Shown in pieces: positions 1-10,096 of a DNA stretch of 64,000 nucleotides. Both the position numbers and the translations under genes were made by a program. The DNA lies in NCBI GenBank assembly GCA_029863625.1, contig JAOTUY010000009.1, positions 1,523 through 65,522 on the forward strand. The letters are read 5' to 3'. The stretch's first letter is position 1; each line of letters opens with the position of its first letter. The stretch comes from Acidimicrobiia bacterium (lineage in GTDB: Bacteria; Actinomycetota; Acidimicrobiia; Spongiisociales; UBA4744). The notes beneath the pieces were generated by a model. That model searched no databases. It was not told the origin of the DNA and was given only the letters and a program-made list of their open reading frames with translations.

Positions 1-437
1 ATAGGAGGAGCGTTCCCGATCGAGCTTGTTGATGAAAAGCGCCCGGGGGATGCCCTCCTCGGTGGCCATGTCCCACAGAATCTCGGTCTGCACTTCTACC
101 CCGTCAACTCCGGATACAACGAAGAGAGCCAAGTCGGCGGCCCGTAATGCGGACCGGGCATCGCCCAGAAAACCTGCGAAGCCGGGAGCGTCGATGATGT
201 TGACCTTGTGGCCCTTCCACGTGAATGAGGCAAGGGCCACGCTGAGGGAGATCTGTCGCTCGATTTCTTCGGGTTCGAAGTCGGTGACCGTGTTGCCGTC
301 CTCGACCCGGCCTGCCCGGGTGGTCACTCCGGCAGTGAAAAGGAGGGCTTCGGCGAGCGACGTCTTACCGCTCCCTCCATGACCGACCAACACGACATTC
401 CTGATCTTCTCCGGAACCACAGGACCTCCTCGGGCAT
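1..437 (-). CDS. EF-G family translational GTPase, N-terminal part (gene starts at 437 and runs off the window edge)
   Basis: Reverse-complement translation gives MPEEVLWFRRIRNVVLVGHGGSGKTSLAEALLF...NIIDAPGF...DLALFVVSGVDGVE, with G1 (GHxxxGKT) and G3 (DAPG) motifs typical of EF-G/EF-G-like proteins. Confidence 0.75.
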
Positions 438-516
438 CTGAGCTTGCTCGAATTGTAGTAAGCCAGAAACAAGGCCAGAGCTGTGTGCTACCTTCGGCGA
501 GGCCGAAGGAGCCCAC

Positions 517-1089
517 GTGATCGAAACCAGGGTCCGCCCGCGGATCAGCAGAGCACTTCAAGCGGCGGGTCGGGTACTCGCCGCGACCGGTCTCAAACCG
601 ACCCACTTGACCGTCCTGGGTCTCCTGGTGACCGTGGGCGGGGCATACTTGATAGGTCGAAACGTGCTCGTTGCCGGTGGTTCGCTGGTGGCCGTCGGGT
701 CATTTATCGATGCGCTCGACGGCCCATTGGCCCGTGAACTCGGAATCGCAGGCCCCAGAGGAGCTTTGCTCGACTCGGTGACCGATCGGATCAGCGAAAC
801 GGCGATGTTCGCCGGAGTCGCCTATCTGGTGGCCGACGAGCCCCTGCTGGTTGCTCTGGCGGTGGCCGGTCTTGGGGCGGCTCTGGTCACTTCATATTTG
901 CGGGCCAAGGCGGAAGGGGTCGGTGCCGACGGTCGAGCCGGGTTGATGGGGCGGGCCGAGCGCGTGATCCTCTACTGCCTGGGGGTAATCGCGGGCTTCG
1001 TCGGTCCCATGCTCTGGGCCATGGTCATCTTGACCTGGCTGACGGTCGTCCAACGGTTTGCCGCAACCTGGCGCCAGTTGGAGCCGTGA
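517..1089 (+). CDS. pgsA: CDP-alcohol phosphatidyltransferase (phosphatidylinositol-phosphate synthase)
   Basis: GTG start. Carries the D-x2-DG-x2-AR...G-x3-D-x3-D motif (DALDGPLARELGIAGPRGALLDSVTDR) in a multi-pass membrane protein. Sits first in a pgsA-acyltransferase-pimA cluster as in mycobacteria. Confidence 0.8.
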   Translation: MIETRVRPRISRALQAAGRVLAATGLKPTHLTVLGLLVTVGGAYLIGRNVLVAGGSLVAVGSFIDALDGPLARELGIAGPRGALLDSVTDRISETAMFAGVAYLVADEPLLVALAVAGLGAALVTSYLRAKAEGVGADGRAGLMGRAERVILYCLGVIAGFVGPMLWAMVILTWLTVVQRFAATWRQLEP

Positions 1090-1093
1090 GACC

Positions 1094-1963
1094 ATGCTGG
1101 AATACCTCGGCTACCGCCTGGCGGCGGCCGTCTTCGGCCTCTTGCCCGAACCCCTGATGCGCAGAGTGGGGAGTGTCCTGGGTTCCTTTGCGTATTCGAG
1201 GGCGGACCGTCGAAGGCTGATGGCGATCCGTCATATGACCAGGGCGCTTGGATCCGAACGCGAGATAGAGCAGGCCGCACAGCAGGCCTTTGCTGCCTAT
1301 GGACGCTATTGGGCGGAGGTGTTCTGGGTCCGGCCCAGGAGGGTGTCGGCCATGCGGGCTCGGATCGCGGTGGACGGTCTTGACCACATCAAAGCGGCGC
1401 AGTCGACGGGTCGCGGGATGATCTACGTCCTGCCGCACATCGGCAACTGGGAGGTGGCAGGCAGCGTCGCGCAGAATCTCGGTCTCGAGCTGATCGCTGT
1501 CGCAGAAGATCTGCCTAACCCGCGACTGGCCCGGTGGTTTGCAGGCGTCCGCAAGGCCTTCGGCATAGACGTCGTGTTCGCCGACGGAAGCCCTGGAGTC
1601 ATGGCTGCTCTCGCTGAAGGCTTGCGACGCGGGGCGGCCGTTGCTCTCGTTTCCGACCGGAACGTGCGGGAGGGCGGCTCGCTCGTGGAATTCTTCGGTG
1701 AAGAGACGGAACTGCCGGCCGGTGCGGCTCTCCTCGCCACCCGCCTTGATGTGCCGGTCTTTCCGATTGCAGCTTTCTTTGCCGATGGGCCGGGTCACCA
1801 CCTCGTCATCGAGGCTCCGGTCGAGATTCCGTCAGAAGGGCCGGAGCGCATATCGGTTGGGACGCAACGTATCGCTACCGCCCTGGAGGGTTTGATCCGT
1901 CGAGATCCGACTCAGTGGCACATTCTTCAGCCGAATTGGCCGTCGGACAGTGCGGTGCCATGA
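1094..1963 (+). CDS. LpxL/HtrB-family lipid acyltransferase (phosphatidylinositol-mannoside acyltransferase-like)
   Basis: ATG at 1094 lies just after the pgsA stop. The protein is about 290 aa and lies between pgsA and pimA, exactly as Rv2611c does in Mycobacterium. Its sequence is typical of lauroyl/myristoyl acyltransferase-family proteins. Confidence 0.7.
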   Translation: MLEYLGYRLAAAVFGLLPEPLMRRVGSVLGSFAYSRADRRRLMAIRHMTRALGSEREIEQAAQQAFAAYGRYWAEVFWVRPRRVSAMRARIAVDGLDHIKAAQSTGRGMIYVLPHIGNWEVAGSVAQNLGLELIAVAEDLPNPRLARWFAGVRKAFGIDVVFADGSPGVMAALAEGLRRGAAVALVSDRNVREGGSLVEFFGEETELPAGAALLATRLDVPVFPIAAFFADGPGHHLVIEAPVEIPSEGPERISVGTQRIATALEGLIRRDPTQWHILQPNWPSDSAVP

Positions 1964-2997
1964 GGATCGCGGTTGTCTGCCCGTATTCCATCGAAGAACC
2001 GGGAGGCGTGCAGCAACAGGCTGTGGGTCTGGTGGACGGAATCCGGGCGGCCGGCCATGAGGCGTGGCTGGTAGCTCCGGGCAAGACAGGACCACCGGAT
2101 GCAAGGCTGCTCGGCCGTGCGGTCAGAGTCAGGGTCAACGGGTCAATTGCGCCTATCGCTCTGCATCCCGGGACGATCGGACGGTCCCGTCGCGCCGTTC
2201 GAGATGCCGACGTCGTCCACGTTCATGAGCCGCTGGTGGCGCTCACGTCGCCGGCCGTGTTCCTGGGGGATGGCCCCCCGGCGGTTGGGACCTTTCACGC
2301 CGATCCGTCCACCCTGGTGCGAAGGCTCTACCGGGTGGCCGCTCCGGTCCTGCGCCGAGTCCTCTCCAGACTGGGGGCAGTGACGGCGGTGAGCCAGGCA
2401 GCTGCCTCGGCAATTTCGGACCTGGTCGGGGAGGTCGTGTTGATCCCAAATGGAATCGACGCCGGGGCATTCTCGATGGCGGTGACCCGCCATCCGGCCC
2501 GGGTTGCGTTCCTGGGTCGCGATGAACCTCGCAAGGGCCTCGACGTTCTGCTCACCGCCTGGCCACTGGTTCGGGCGGCGGTGGCGGATGCCGAACTCGT
2601 TGTGCTTGGAGCGGATCGAGGCGCCTCCTATCCGGGCATCCGCTTCTTCGGCCCGATCATCGGACAAGAGAAGCGCCGGCAGCTGGCCGAAGCCGCCGTG
2701 TTTTGCGCGCCGAACCTGGGTGGAGAAAGCTTCGGGATCAGCCTGGTTGAAGCCATGGCGGCTGGATGTGCACCGGTTGTCTCCGACCTGGCTGCCTTCC
2801 GCCGGGTATCTAGTGACGTCGCCAGGTATGCGGCAGTGGCCGATTCGAGAAGCCTGGCCGACCGACTGATCGAAGCCCTATCTGATCGAACCGGAACTCA
2901 GGTTCGAGGTCGAATGGCGGTCCGAGTAGCGGCCGCATTCGACTGGCACCATGTTCTGCCGAGGTACCTTGCCCTCTATGAGCAAGTCGCACGGTAA
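1960..2997 (+). CDS. pimA: GT4 glycosyltransferase, phosphatidylinositol alpha-mannosyltransferase-like
   Basis: ATG at 1960 overlaps the upstream stop (ATGA). N-terminus MRIAVVCPYS...; the C-terminal half has the GT4 EX7E-type region (ESFGISLVEAMAAGCAPVVSD). Synteny with pgsA and the acyltransferase supports the call. Confidence 0.75.
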   Translation: MRIAVVCPYSIEEPGGVQQQAVGLVDGIRAAGHEAWLVAPGKTGPPDARLLGRAVRVRVNGSIAPIALHPGTIGRSRRAVRDADVVHVHEPLVALTSPAVFLGDGPPAVGTFHADPSTLVRRLYRVAAPVLRRVLSRLGAVTAVSQAAASAISDLVGEVVLIPNGIDAGAFSMAVTRHPARVAFLGRDEPRKGLDVLLTAWPLVRAAVADAELVVLGADRGASYPGIRFFGPIIGQEKRRQLAEAAVFCAPNLGGESFGISLVEAMAAGCAPVVSDLAAFRRVSSDVARYAAVADSRSLADRLIEALSDRTGTQVRGRMAVRVAAAFDWHHVLPRYLALYEQVAR

Positions 2998-3015
2998 CCT
3001 TCGTTTTTCTTTCCT

Positions 3016-4122
3016 ATGGATACCCTTCGAAACACCCTTGCGTCGTTGACCATGCGGCAGCGTTGGTGGCTGGGCGGCGGCGCTGCGGCCGTGCTCGTGC
3101 TCTTCGTCGTGGTCATGATCGTTGCAGGGGTTGGTGATCAGGTCGCGGAAACCACCACCAGCACGACTACCTCGCCCCCGGAAACGACCGTTCCACCGAC
3201 CTCAACGACTTCCACCACGACGACCACGGCGGTGGTCGGCGCAGATCTGTGGCCGCTGACCGGACTTCCCATCGAGGAGGGCACCCCCGAGGACCCCATC
3301 CTGGCGATCAAGATCGACAACAGCTCGTCCGGCCGTCCACAGGAAGGGTTAGAACTGGCCGACCTCGTCTTTGACATTCCGGTGGAAGGTGGAATCTCGC
3401 GACTGCTGGCGCTCTACCAATCCCGGTTGCCAGAGGAAATCGGACCGGTGCGGAGCGTGCGAGAAGTGGACCCCAAACTGCTCGGCCCGTTCGGGGTGTT
3501 CATGGCATATTCCGGTGGCAACGAATCGGTTGTCAGTTCATTGCGGGATGTTGCCGTCGATCTGGGGGATCCAACGCTCGGCGCAGTGGCGTATCGGCGG
3601 GCCGCCGACCGCCCCGCGCCGTATGATCTCATGGTGGCGCCGCTTGCGGCGCTGGCAACTGTGGAGGACGCGAGCTCTGCGGCAGGCTCGTGGGTGTCGT
3701 TTGACGAGAGTCCAACCGGAGACGTCGCTCGCACCGTTGAGATCGAGTCTTCGAATATCCACAAGGTGGTCTACGGCTATTCGGCGTCGGATGGCGGATA
3801 CCTCCGGTTTCATGGGTCACAACCGCACCTCGCCGCTTCCGGCGACCAGATTGTGGCTTCCAACGTGATTGTGCTCGTCGTCGAGCAAATGGGGACCGGC
3901 CGCACTGATTCGAGCGGGGCACCCGTTCCCGACTTCGATGTGCTCGGTTCCGGCGACGCCGTGGTCTTTCGAGATGGAATCGCCCTGGCCGGCCGCTGGG
4001 ACCGGGGCCGGCTCACCGATTTCTTCCGCTTTTTCGACTTGTCCGGAATCGAGATCAAGCTGGCGCCAGGTACAACGTGGGTGCATCTGGTTCCCGAGGG
4101 CCGAGCGTATAAGTGGCGGTAG
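3016..4122 (+). CDS. Membrane-anchored DUF3048-family protein with Thr/Pro-rich linker
   Basis: An N-terminal TM helix is followed by a low-complexity [26 protein letters not shown] stretch, then a conserved domain resembling the DUF3048 (YerB-like) family. Confidence 0.6.
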   Translation: MDTLRNTLASLTMRQRWWLGGGAAAVLVLFVVVMIVAGVGDQVAETTTSTTTSPPETTVPPTSTTSTTTTTAVVGADLWPLTGLPIEEGTPEDPILAIKIDNSSSGRPQEGLELADLVFDIPVEGGISRLLALYQSRLPEEIGPVRSVREVDPKLLGPFGVFMAYSGGNESVVSSLRDVAVDLGDPTLGAVAYRRAADRPAPYDLMVAPLAALATVEDASSAAGSWVSFDESPTGDVARTVEIESSNIHKVVYGYSASDGGYLRFHGSQPHLAASGDQIVASNVIVLVVEQMGTGRTDSSGAPVPDFDVLGSGDAVVFRDGIALAGRWDRGRLTDFFRFFDLSGIEIKLAPGTTWVHLVPEGRAYKWR

Positions 4123-4147
4123 AATGGAGCTAGACCAAGGAGAGCAC

Positions 4148-5029
4148 GTGGAAGCAGGAACCGATCGGGTAAAACGCGGGTTGGCAGAAATGCTCAAAGG
4201 TGGCGTGATCATGGATGTCGTGAACGCCGAGCAAGCCAAGATCGCCGAAGAAGCCGGGGCGGTGGCCGTAATGGCGTTGGAGCGCGTCCCGGCCGATATC
4301 CGCAGAGACGGCGGAGTGGCCAGGATGGCCGACCCGGAGAAGATCCAGGAGATCATCGATTCGGTGAGCATCCCGGTCATGGGCAAGGTGCGCATCGGCC
4401 ACTTCGTTGAGGCGCAGGTCCTGCAGTCGCTCGGTGTCGATTACATCGATGAGAGCGAGGTTCTGACACCCGCAGACGAAGAGAACCACATCGACAAGTG
4501 GGCGTTTGTAACACCGTTCGTGTGTGGGGCCCGAAACCTGGGTGAAGCCTTGCGCCGGATCGGGGAAGGCGCCGCCATGATTCGTACCAAGGGCGAAGCC
4601 GGCACGGGCAACGTTGTTGAGGCCGTCCGACACATGCGGACCATGAATCGGGAAATCCGGGCCCTTTCCTCCATGGAAAGTGGAGAGCTGATGGCCTCCG
4701 CCAAGACGATGGGCGCGCCGTTTGACCTGGTCCAGGAAGTTGCCGGGTCCGGTCGTCTCCCGGTCGTCAATTTCGCGGCCGGAGGTATTGCGACCCCATC
4801 CGACGCCGCCTTGATGATGCAGCTGGGGTGCGATGGCGTTTTTGTCGGGTCCGGGATATTCAAATCGACCGACCCGGCGCCACGGGCGCGTGCCATCGTC
4901 GAAGCCGTGACGTTCCACGACACCCCCGAGACAATTGCCAAGGTCTCCAGCGGTCTTGGCGAGGCCATGGTCGGCATCGAGATGGGCACGCTGAGCGACT
5001 CCGAGTTGCTGCAAAACAGAGGTTGGTAG
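4148..5029 (+). CDS. pdxS: Pyridoxal 5'-phosphate synthase lyase subunit
   Basis: [52 protein letters not shown] is a near-canonical PdxS N-terminus. A GTG start at 4148 is preceded by AAGGAGA; an alternative ATG lies at 4124. Confidence 0.9.
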   Translation: MEAGTDRVKRGLAEMLKGGVIMDVVNAEQAKIAEEAGAVAVMALERVPADIRRDGGVARMADPEKIQEIIDSVSIPVMGKVRIGHFVEAQVLQSLGVDYIDESEVLTPADEENHIDKWAFVTPFVCGARNLGEALRRIGEGAAMIRTKGEAGTGNVVEAVRHMRTMNREIRALSSMESGELMASAKTMGAPFDLVQEVAGSGRLPVVNFAAGGIATPSDAALMMQLGCDGVFVGSGIFKSTDPAPRARAIVEAVTFHDTPETIAKVSSGLGEAMVGIEMGTLSDSELLQNRGW

Positions 5030-5040
5030 GCGTGACCGCC

Positions 5041-5625
5041 GTCGGGGTTCTCGCCCTGCAGGGCGATGTGCGCGAACACGCCAGGGCCGTCGAGACGGCT
5101 GGTGGGACGTGGGCGCCCGTGCGCCGGCCGGAGGACCTCGAAAGCATCGATGCCTTGATCATTCCAGGAGGCGAATCCACCACCATTGGAAAACTCGCCA
5201 CGATCTACGGGCTCATGGAACCCATGCGGCGCGCGATCTCCGGCGGGTTGCCAACCTTCGGAACCTGCGCCGGGATGATCTTTCTCGCTGCCGGGGTCAC
5301 CGCAGGTGCTCAGGCCCAGCTGGGAGTTCTCGACGTCATCGTGGAACGGAACGCATTCGGCCGCCAGAACGAATCGTTCGAGACCAACCTGGAGATCCCG
5401 GGATTCGAGCAGCCTTTCCGGGCTGTCTTCATCCGAGCCCCCTGGGTTGCCAAGGTCGGTGGTGGCGTAGAGGTAATAGCGGCCGTGGATGAGCACCCCG
5501 TCATGGTTCGGCAGGGCAACATCTTGGCCTCCTCCTTTCACCCAGAACTGACCGGTGACGTTCGTATCCATACAATGGTGTTGCAGGCTGCCGCGGGTCG
5601 ACGCCGTATGGACGGAGAACGCTGA
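5041..5625 (+). CDS. pdxT: Pyridoxal 5'-phosphate synthase glutaminase subunit
   Basis: VGVLALQGDVREHA...IIPGGESTTIGKL...GTCAGMIFLA is the class I glutamine amidotransferase triad context. The gene lies immediately downstream of pdxS. The start (GTG 5041 or TTG 5032) is uncertain. Confidence 0.85.
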   Translation, partial: VGVLALQGDVREHARAVETAGGTWAPVRRPEDLESIDALIIPGGESTTIGKLATIYGLMEPMRRAISGGLPTFGTCAGMIFLAAGVTAGAQAQLGVLDVIVERNAFGRQNESFETNLEIPGFEQPFRAVFIRAPWVAKVGGGVEVIAAVDEHPVMVRQGNILASSFHPELTGDVRIHTMVLQAAAGRRRMDGER

Positions 5626-6371
5626 TGTCCGGACATTCCAAATGGTCGACGATCAAACACAAGAAGGGCGCCAAGGACGCTAAGCGCGGCCAACTCTTCG
5701 CCAAACTCGTCAAAGTGGTCGAAGTAGCAGCCCGGGAGGGTGGCGGTGACCCGTCCGCCAACGCGACGCTGTCCAATGCGATCGACAAGGCCAGGGCCGC
5801 TTCGGTACCAAACGACAACATCGACCGAGCGATCAAGCGGGGAATCGGCGACGTTGAAGGGGCCCACTACGAGGAGATGTACTACGAGGGATACGCTCCC
5901 GGCGGGGTGGCGCTCTATGTGCAAATTCTGACCGACAACCGCAACCGGGCCTCGTCGGACGTGCGAGCTGGATTCAGCCGCCACGGAGGGAATCTGGGCG
6001 AACCCGGCTCAGTCTCCTACCTTTTTGAGCAGAAGGGTTATCTGCTGGTAGCCGGGGGCGAAGATGAGGTGATGCTGGCCGCTCTCGAAGCCGGTGCGGA
6101 AGACGTGCGGGAGTCTGATGGGCTCTTTGAGGTTATTTGCGCCGCCTCTGACTTCAGCGCCGTCAAGGGTGCGCTTGCTGCAGCAGGGCTAGAGGTTGAG
6201 ACCGCCGAGGTGACGCAACTGCCGAGCACCACCATTCCGGTCGACGAGAAGACTGCCCCGAAGGTGCTCAGACTGATCGATGCCCTCGAGGACCTCGACG
6301 ACGTTCAGAGCGTGTATGCCAACTTCGACATCGCCGACGACGTGATGGCCGCGCTGGCCGCAGACAACTAG
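5625..6371 (+). CDS. yebC: YebC/PmpR-family probable transcriptional regulator
   Basis: MSGHSKWSTIKHKKGAKDAKRGQLFAKL is a hallmark YebC N-terminus. The ATG overlaps the pdxT stop (TGATG). Confidence 0.9.
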   Translation: MSGHSKWSTIKHKKGAKDAKRGQLFAKLVKVVEVAAREGGGDPSANATLSNAIDKARAASVPNDNIDRAIKRGIGDVEGAHYEEMYYEGYAPGGVALYVQILTDNRNRASSDVRAGFSRHGGNLGEPGSVSYLFEQKGYLLVAGGEDEVMLAALEAGAEDVRESDGLFEVICAASDFSAVKGALAAAGLEVETAEVTQLPSTTIPVDEKTAPKVLRLIDALEDLDDVQSVYANFDIADDVMAALAADN

Positions 6372-6802
6372 CCGTCGAGGGCGCCCGGGTCGGAGGGTAC
6401 GTCGACGGCGTGCTCCTCGAGCACCGAAAAAGGTATCAGTTCGAGAACACGCTCGTTGCTGGAAGCAAGCACCACCGGCGCGGCGACACCGTCTCCGTGC
6501 GCCCGCAGCCAATTCACTGCAGTCACGCACCAACGGTCACCCGGAAGAAGTCCGGGGAACCGGTAGTGGGGCATCGGGGTGCTGAGATCATTGCCGATAC
6601 GACGTTGGTGCTCGAGAAACTCGGCGGTGACGACGGCGCACACCGTATGGCTACCGAGATCCTCTGGTCCCGTGAGGCACGAGCCATCCCGGTAAAACCC
6701 GGTCAAGGGGTCGGTCCCGCACGGCTCAAGCGCGGTCCCCAGCACGTTGCGATTGGTCATGGGCTCAGTATCGCTCGGGACGTGGAGGAATGCTCGTTCC
6801 AA
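6368..6802 (-). CDS. DUF2237-family small Cys-containing protein
   Basis: MTNRNVLGTALEPCGTDPLTGFYRDGSCLTGPEDLGSHTVCAVVTAEFLE...FPGLLPGDRWCVTA resembles the conserved DUF2237 pattern. It is convergent with yebC, with a 4-nt overlap. Confidence 0.55.
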   Translation of the reverse strand: MERAFLHVPSDTEPMTNRNVLGTALEPCGTDPLTGFYRDGSCLTGPEDLGSHTVCAVVTAEFLEHQRRIGNDLSTPMPHYRFPGLLPGDRWCVTAVNWLRAHGDGVAAPVVLASSNERVLELIPFSVLEEHAVDVPSDPGALDG

Positions 6803-6888
6803 GTTCAGAATTGTTGTTATGTGCTGAGGTCTTAGTCTTCGGGGAAGATGTCGATGCTTGGGAGATCAGAGTGGCGGGTAACGGCGAG

Positions 6889-7695
6889 ATGAAGGGTACG
6901 AGAGTGGTAGTTGCCGGTGCCACGGGGTGGGCCGGGTCTGCCCTGTCACGGGGGATTGTTGAAGCGGCTGACTTGGACTTGACGGGGGCTGTGTCGCGCT
7001 CACGCGCCGGCCAGCGTCTGGGCGAAGTGCTTGGTGTCGCTGAGCTTGGGGTGGAGATCAGTGGGACGACCGAGGACGCATTGGCATCCAAACCCGACGT
7101 ATTCGTGGAGTACACCCATCCGTCTGTCGCCCGGCAGAATATCCTGGCCGCTCTCGATGCCGGCGCTCATGTGGTCGTAGGAACCTCCGGCCTTACCAGC
7201 GACGACTACGAATCGATTTCCCACTCGGCCAGGGAAAAAGGCCTTGGTGTTTTGGCTTGCGGCAACTTCTCGATAACGGCTGTGCTGATGATGAGATTCA
7301 GTGAGGTGGCCGCCCAATGGGTGAAGAGTTGGGAGGTCATCGACTATGCCAGTGCCGGAAAAGTAGACGCACCAAGCGGGACGGCCCGTGAACTAGCCGG
7401 CCGGTTGGCGAAAGTAGGTCATCCCGAGATGGCGGTGCCGATAGGAGAAACACAGGGAGAGAAGGAAGCACGAGGTGCCAGCTTCGGGGGAACTCAGGTC
7501 CACTCCATTCGCCTACCCAGCTTTGTGATTTCCATCGAATCGATATTCGGCCAGGAAGATGAGCGACTCAGCATCAGGCACGACGCAGGAAGCAGCGCCA
7601 AGCCCTACGTAGCCGGTGGTCTTCTTGCTATTCGACAAGTCAACAAGCTGGTCGGTGTCCACCGAGGCCTCGACACCGTCATGGACGTGGGCTGA
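6889..7695 (+). CDS. dapB: 4-hydroxy-tetrahydrodipicolinate reductase
   Basis: N-terminal Rossmann motif VVVAGATGWAG, then EYTHP and HxxKVDAPSGTA motifs characteristic of DapB. An alternative GTG start lies at 6871. Confidence 0.75.
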   Translation: MKGTRVVVAGATGWAGSALSRGIVEAADLDLTGAVSRSRAGQRLGEVLGVAELGVEISGTTEDALASKPDVFVEYTHPSVARQNILAALDAGAHVVVGTSGLTSDDYESISHSAREKGLGVLACGNFSITAVLMMRFSEVAAQWVKSWEVIDYASAGKVDAPSGTARELAGRLAKVGHPEMAVPIGETQGEKEARGASFGGTQVHSIRLPSFVISIESIFGQEDERLSIRHDAGSSAKPYVAGGLLAIRQVNKLVGVHRGLDTVMDVG

Positions 7696-7982
7696 CCCGG
7701 GGGAGGCCTGATAACTTGGTCCCAGGCTGGGTTCGGAGTCGGTCTCCTTCCGCGCCTCGGGCCCGCAGCCTGGCGCAGGGTCGTTTGGACCTGCGATCGA
7801 GACCGGAATCACGCCGACCTCAGCCTTTGTCACGACCTCGAACTGCCCAAATGCCGATCACGTTGACAGGAGCCCGATCGGCGCCCTCAACGCCACCTGA
7901 GAAACCAGCCTTGGGCGGTAAGCCGGAGCCCTCCCCACAAAACCACCGTCGCGTCTCACCCTCGCTCTACACTCCCGTACAT

Positions 7983-8471
7983 ATGTTCGTACTCGGAATC
8001 GACCCCGGTCTCACCACCACCGGCTACGGACTGGTCGCCCCGGGGCCACAGGCGGTGATCGCCGGCGTGGTCCGCACCAGTCCCAAGACGCCGGTCGCGC
8101 ACAGGCTCCTGGAGCTCTACCGCGACTTGACCGCCCTGGTCGCCGAGCACCATCCCACCGTCGTGGCGATCGAGCAGGTGTTCTCCAATCGCAATCTGCA
8201 AACGGTGGCGAACGTCGGTCGAGCCTCCGGAGTTGCCATGCTGGTGGCAGCCCAGGCAGGCCTCCAGGTTCATGAGTACACGCCGTCCAGCGTCAAGCGG
8301 GCCGTGGCCGGCTACGGCAACGCCCCCAAAGAACAGGTGCAAAAAATGGTTGCCCAGCGCCTGGGCCTCGCCGACTTGCCCCGTCCGGCTGATGCCGCCG
8401 ACGCACTGGCTGTGGCGCTATGCCACCTGCAAGGCGCCGCCCTGCTCGAGCGTGTGGAGGCAGCCCGATGA
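7983..8471 (+). CDS. ruvC: Holliday junction resolvase RuvC
   Basis: MFVLGIDPGLTTTGYGLV at the N-terminus contains the catalytic Asp. The gene is part of ruvC-ruvA-ruvB. The six-frame ORF extends upstream, but the ATG at 7983 gives a canonical length. Confidence 0.9.
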   Translation: MFVLGIDPGLTTTGYGLVAPGPQAVIAGVVRTSPKTPVAHRLLELYRDLTALVAEHHPTVVAIEQVFSNRNLQTVANVGRASGVAMLVAAQAGLQVHEYTPSSVKRAVAGYGNAPKEQVQKMVAQRLGLADLPRPADAADALAVALCHLQGAALLERVEAAR

Positions 8472-9040
8472 TCGGCCGATTGCGGGGGACACTGGTTTCG
8501 CTCCGGGCTACAGGAGTTGTTCTGGATGTGGGCGGCGTCGGTTACGAAGTGGTGGTCACTCCGCGCACGGTTGCGGACTTGCCGAGTATTGGTGAGGAGG
8601 TTGTCCTCCACACGCATCTGGTAGTAAGGGAAGATGCCATGCTTTTGCATGGGTTCGGTAATGAAGCGGAACGTGATCTTTTTCGGATCTTGCTGAGCGC
8701 ATCCGGGATCGGACCCAAGGTCGCGATGGCGACGCTGGGTGCACTGCAATCGGATGAGCTCCGGAGGGCGATCGCCGCCGAGGACGTCGACACGCTCACC
8801 CTGGTGCCCGGGATCGGCAAGCGAGGCGCGCAGAAAATGGTCCTCGAACTGAAACCCAAGATCACGGCGTCCGAGGCCGAATCAGTGGTTGGGACGAGTA
8901 CCGTTTCGCAAGTCCGGGAAGCCCTGGAGGGTTTGGGCTACCAGGCGGCCGAGATTCGGGACGCCATGGCCGATATTGAGACGGACGCGCCGGTTGGCGA
9001 TCAACTGCGGCAGGCGCTTCGCAGTCTGGGGAGACGATGA
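8468..9040 (+). CDS. ruvA: Holliday junction branch migration protein RuvA
   Basis: [10 protein letters not shown]...GVGYEV...helix-hairpin-helix [19 protein letters not shown]. The ATG overlaps the ruvC stop. Confidence 0.9.
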   Translation: MIGRLRGTLVSLRATGVVLDVGGVGYEVVVTPRTVADLPSIGEEVVLHTHLVVREDAMLLHGFGNEAERDLFRILLSASGIGPKVAMATLGALQSDELRRAIAAEDVDTLTLVPGIGKRGAQKMVLELKPKITASEAESVVGTSTVSQVREALEGLGYQAAEIRDAMADIETDAPVGDQLRQALRSLGRR

Positions 9041-10059
9041 GAGAAGATCTGCTCACACCGGCGGCTTTGCCCGATGACGATGTTGTCGAAACGACCCTGC
9101 GTCCACAGTCGATCGAGGAGTTTGTTGGTCAAGCCAAGCTCAAGGAACGTTTGGCCATCTCGATCGATGCGGCTCGCAGCCTGGGCCGGCCCCTTGACCA
9201 CGTGCTGCTGTCCGGACCGCCTGGATTGGGAAAGACGACCATGGCCGGGATTCTCGCCAACGAGATGGGGTCGCGACTGCGGATCACCTCGGGACCGGCT
9301 CTCGAACGGCCGGGGGACGTTGCTTCGATCCTGACCAATCTCGATAACGGCGATGTGTTCTTCATCGACGAGATCCACCGCTTACCACGAGCCGTTGAAG
9401 AGGTCCTCTATCCGGCGATGGAAGATTTCCAACTGGACATCGTGCTCGGCAAGGGTCCATCAGCTCAATCGATCCGGCTCGACTTGCCGAGGTTCACACT
9501 GGTCGGAGCCACCACCCGCAAGGGAAAGGTGGCAGCCCCGCTTCGGGATCGGTTCGGCATCGTCGACAAACTGGACTACTACAGCCAGCCGGAACTCGGC
9601 CGGATTGTTCGTCGCTCGGCGACGATTCTCGACGTACCGATCACCGAGGACGGCGCCGATCTCATTGCTTTGCGGGGGCGGGGCACGCCCCGCATAGCCA
9701 ACCGGCTTTTGGCCCGGGTTCGCGACTATGCAGTGGCCCGTGCGGACGGCGTTGCCGACGCCGCCACGGCCAACGCTGCTCTGGAGATCTTCGAGGTCGA
9801 CGAATTGGGCCTCGACAAGGTGGATCGCGAGATCCTCGATGCCATCGTCGTCAAGTTCGCAGGCGGACCCGTCGGGCTATCGACTCTGGCCATCGTGGTC
9901 GGGGAGGAGCCCGAGACGGTGGAAGACGCCTACGAGCCTTTCCTGCTCCAGATAGGGCTTCTCAAGCGGACCCCGCGGGGTCGGGTTGCGACCCCGGCTG
10001 CCTACCTCCACCTAGGACTCGAGCCTCCGGCGACTGCCCAGCAGACACTTCTCGACTAG
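9037..10059 (+). CDS. ruvB: Holliday junction branch migration ATPase RuvB
   Basis: Walker [10 protein letters not shown], Walker [10 protein letters not shown] and a conserved RuvB C-terminal winged helix. Confidence 0.95.
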   Translation: MREDLLTPAALPDDDVVETTLRPQSIEEFVGQAKLKERLAISIDAARSLGRPLDHVLLSGPPGLGKTTMAGILANEMGSRLRITSGPALERPGDVASILTNLDNGDVFFIDEIHRLPRAVEEVLYPAMEDFQLDIVLGKGPSAQSIRLDLPRFTLVGATTRKGKVAAPLRDRFGIVDKLDYYSQPELGRIVRRSATILDVPITEDGADLIALRGRGTPRIANRLLARVRDYAVARADGVADAATANAALEIFEVDELGLDKVDREILDAIVVKFAGGPVGLSTLAIVVGEEPETVEDAYEPFLLQIGLLKRTPRGRVATPAAYLHLGLEPPATAQQTLLD

Positions 10060-10096
10060 GTTCTGCAGGAGCCTCTGCTAAACGCGCCTACTCTGC

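Noticed and set aside
483-737. + strand ORF 483-737 (84 aa, Arg-rich), overlapping pgsA in another frame
   Set aside because: It is out of frame with the motif-bearing pgsA ORF, and its composition is a typical GC-rich frame artefact.
3869-4147. Upstream extension of the pdxS ORF (six-frame track starts at 3869)
   Set aside because: The extension overlaps the DUF3048 gene in another frame and lacks homology. The conserved PdxS N-terminus begins near 4148, where a good RBS is present.
7696-7982. Possible LexA/SOS box (TCGAAC-N4-GTTCGA type) upstream of ruvC
   Set aside because: Only a single TCGAAC half-site, with no matching inverted half, is present in the 287-nt ruvC upstream region. This is not enough to call an SOS box.
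7716-7982. Upstream extension of the ruvC ORF (251-aa frame)
   Set aside because: The N-terminal 89 codons are Pro- and Arg-rich with no homology. RuvC is about 160-190 aa, and the catalytic N-terminus MFVLGIDPG begins at 7983.
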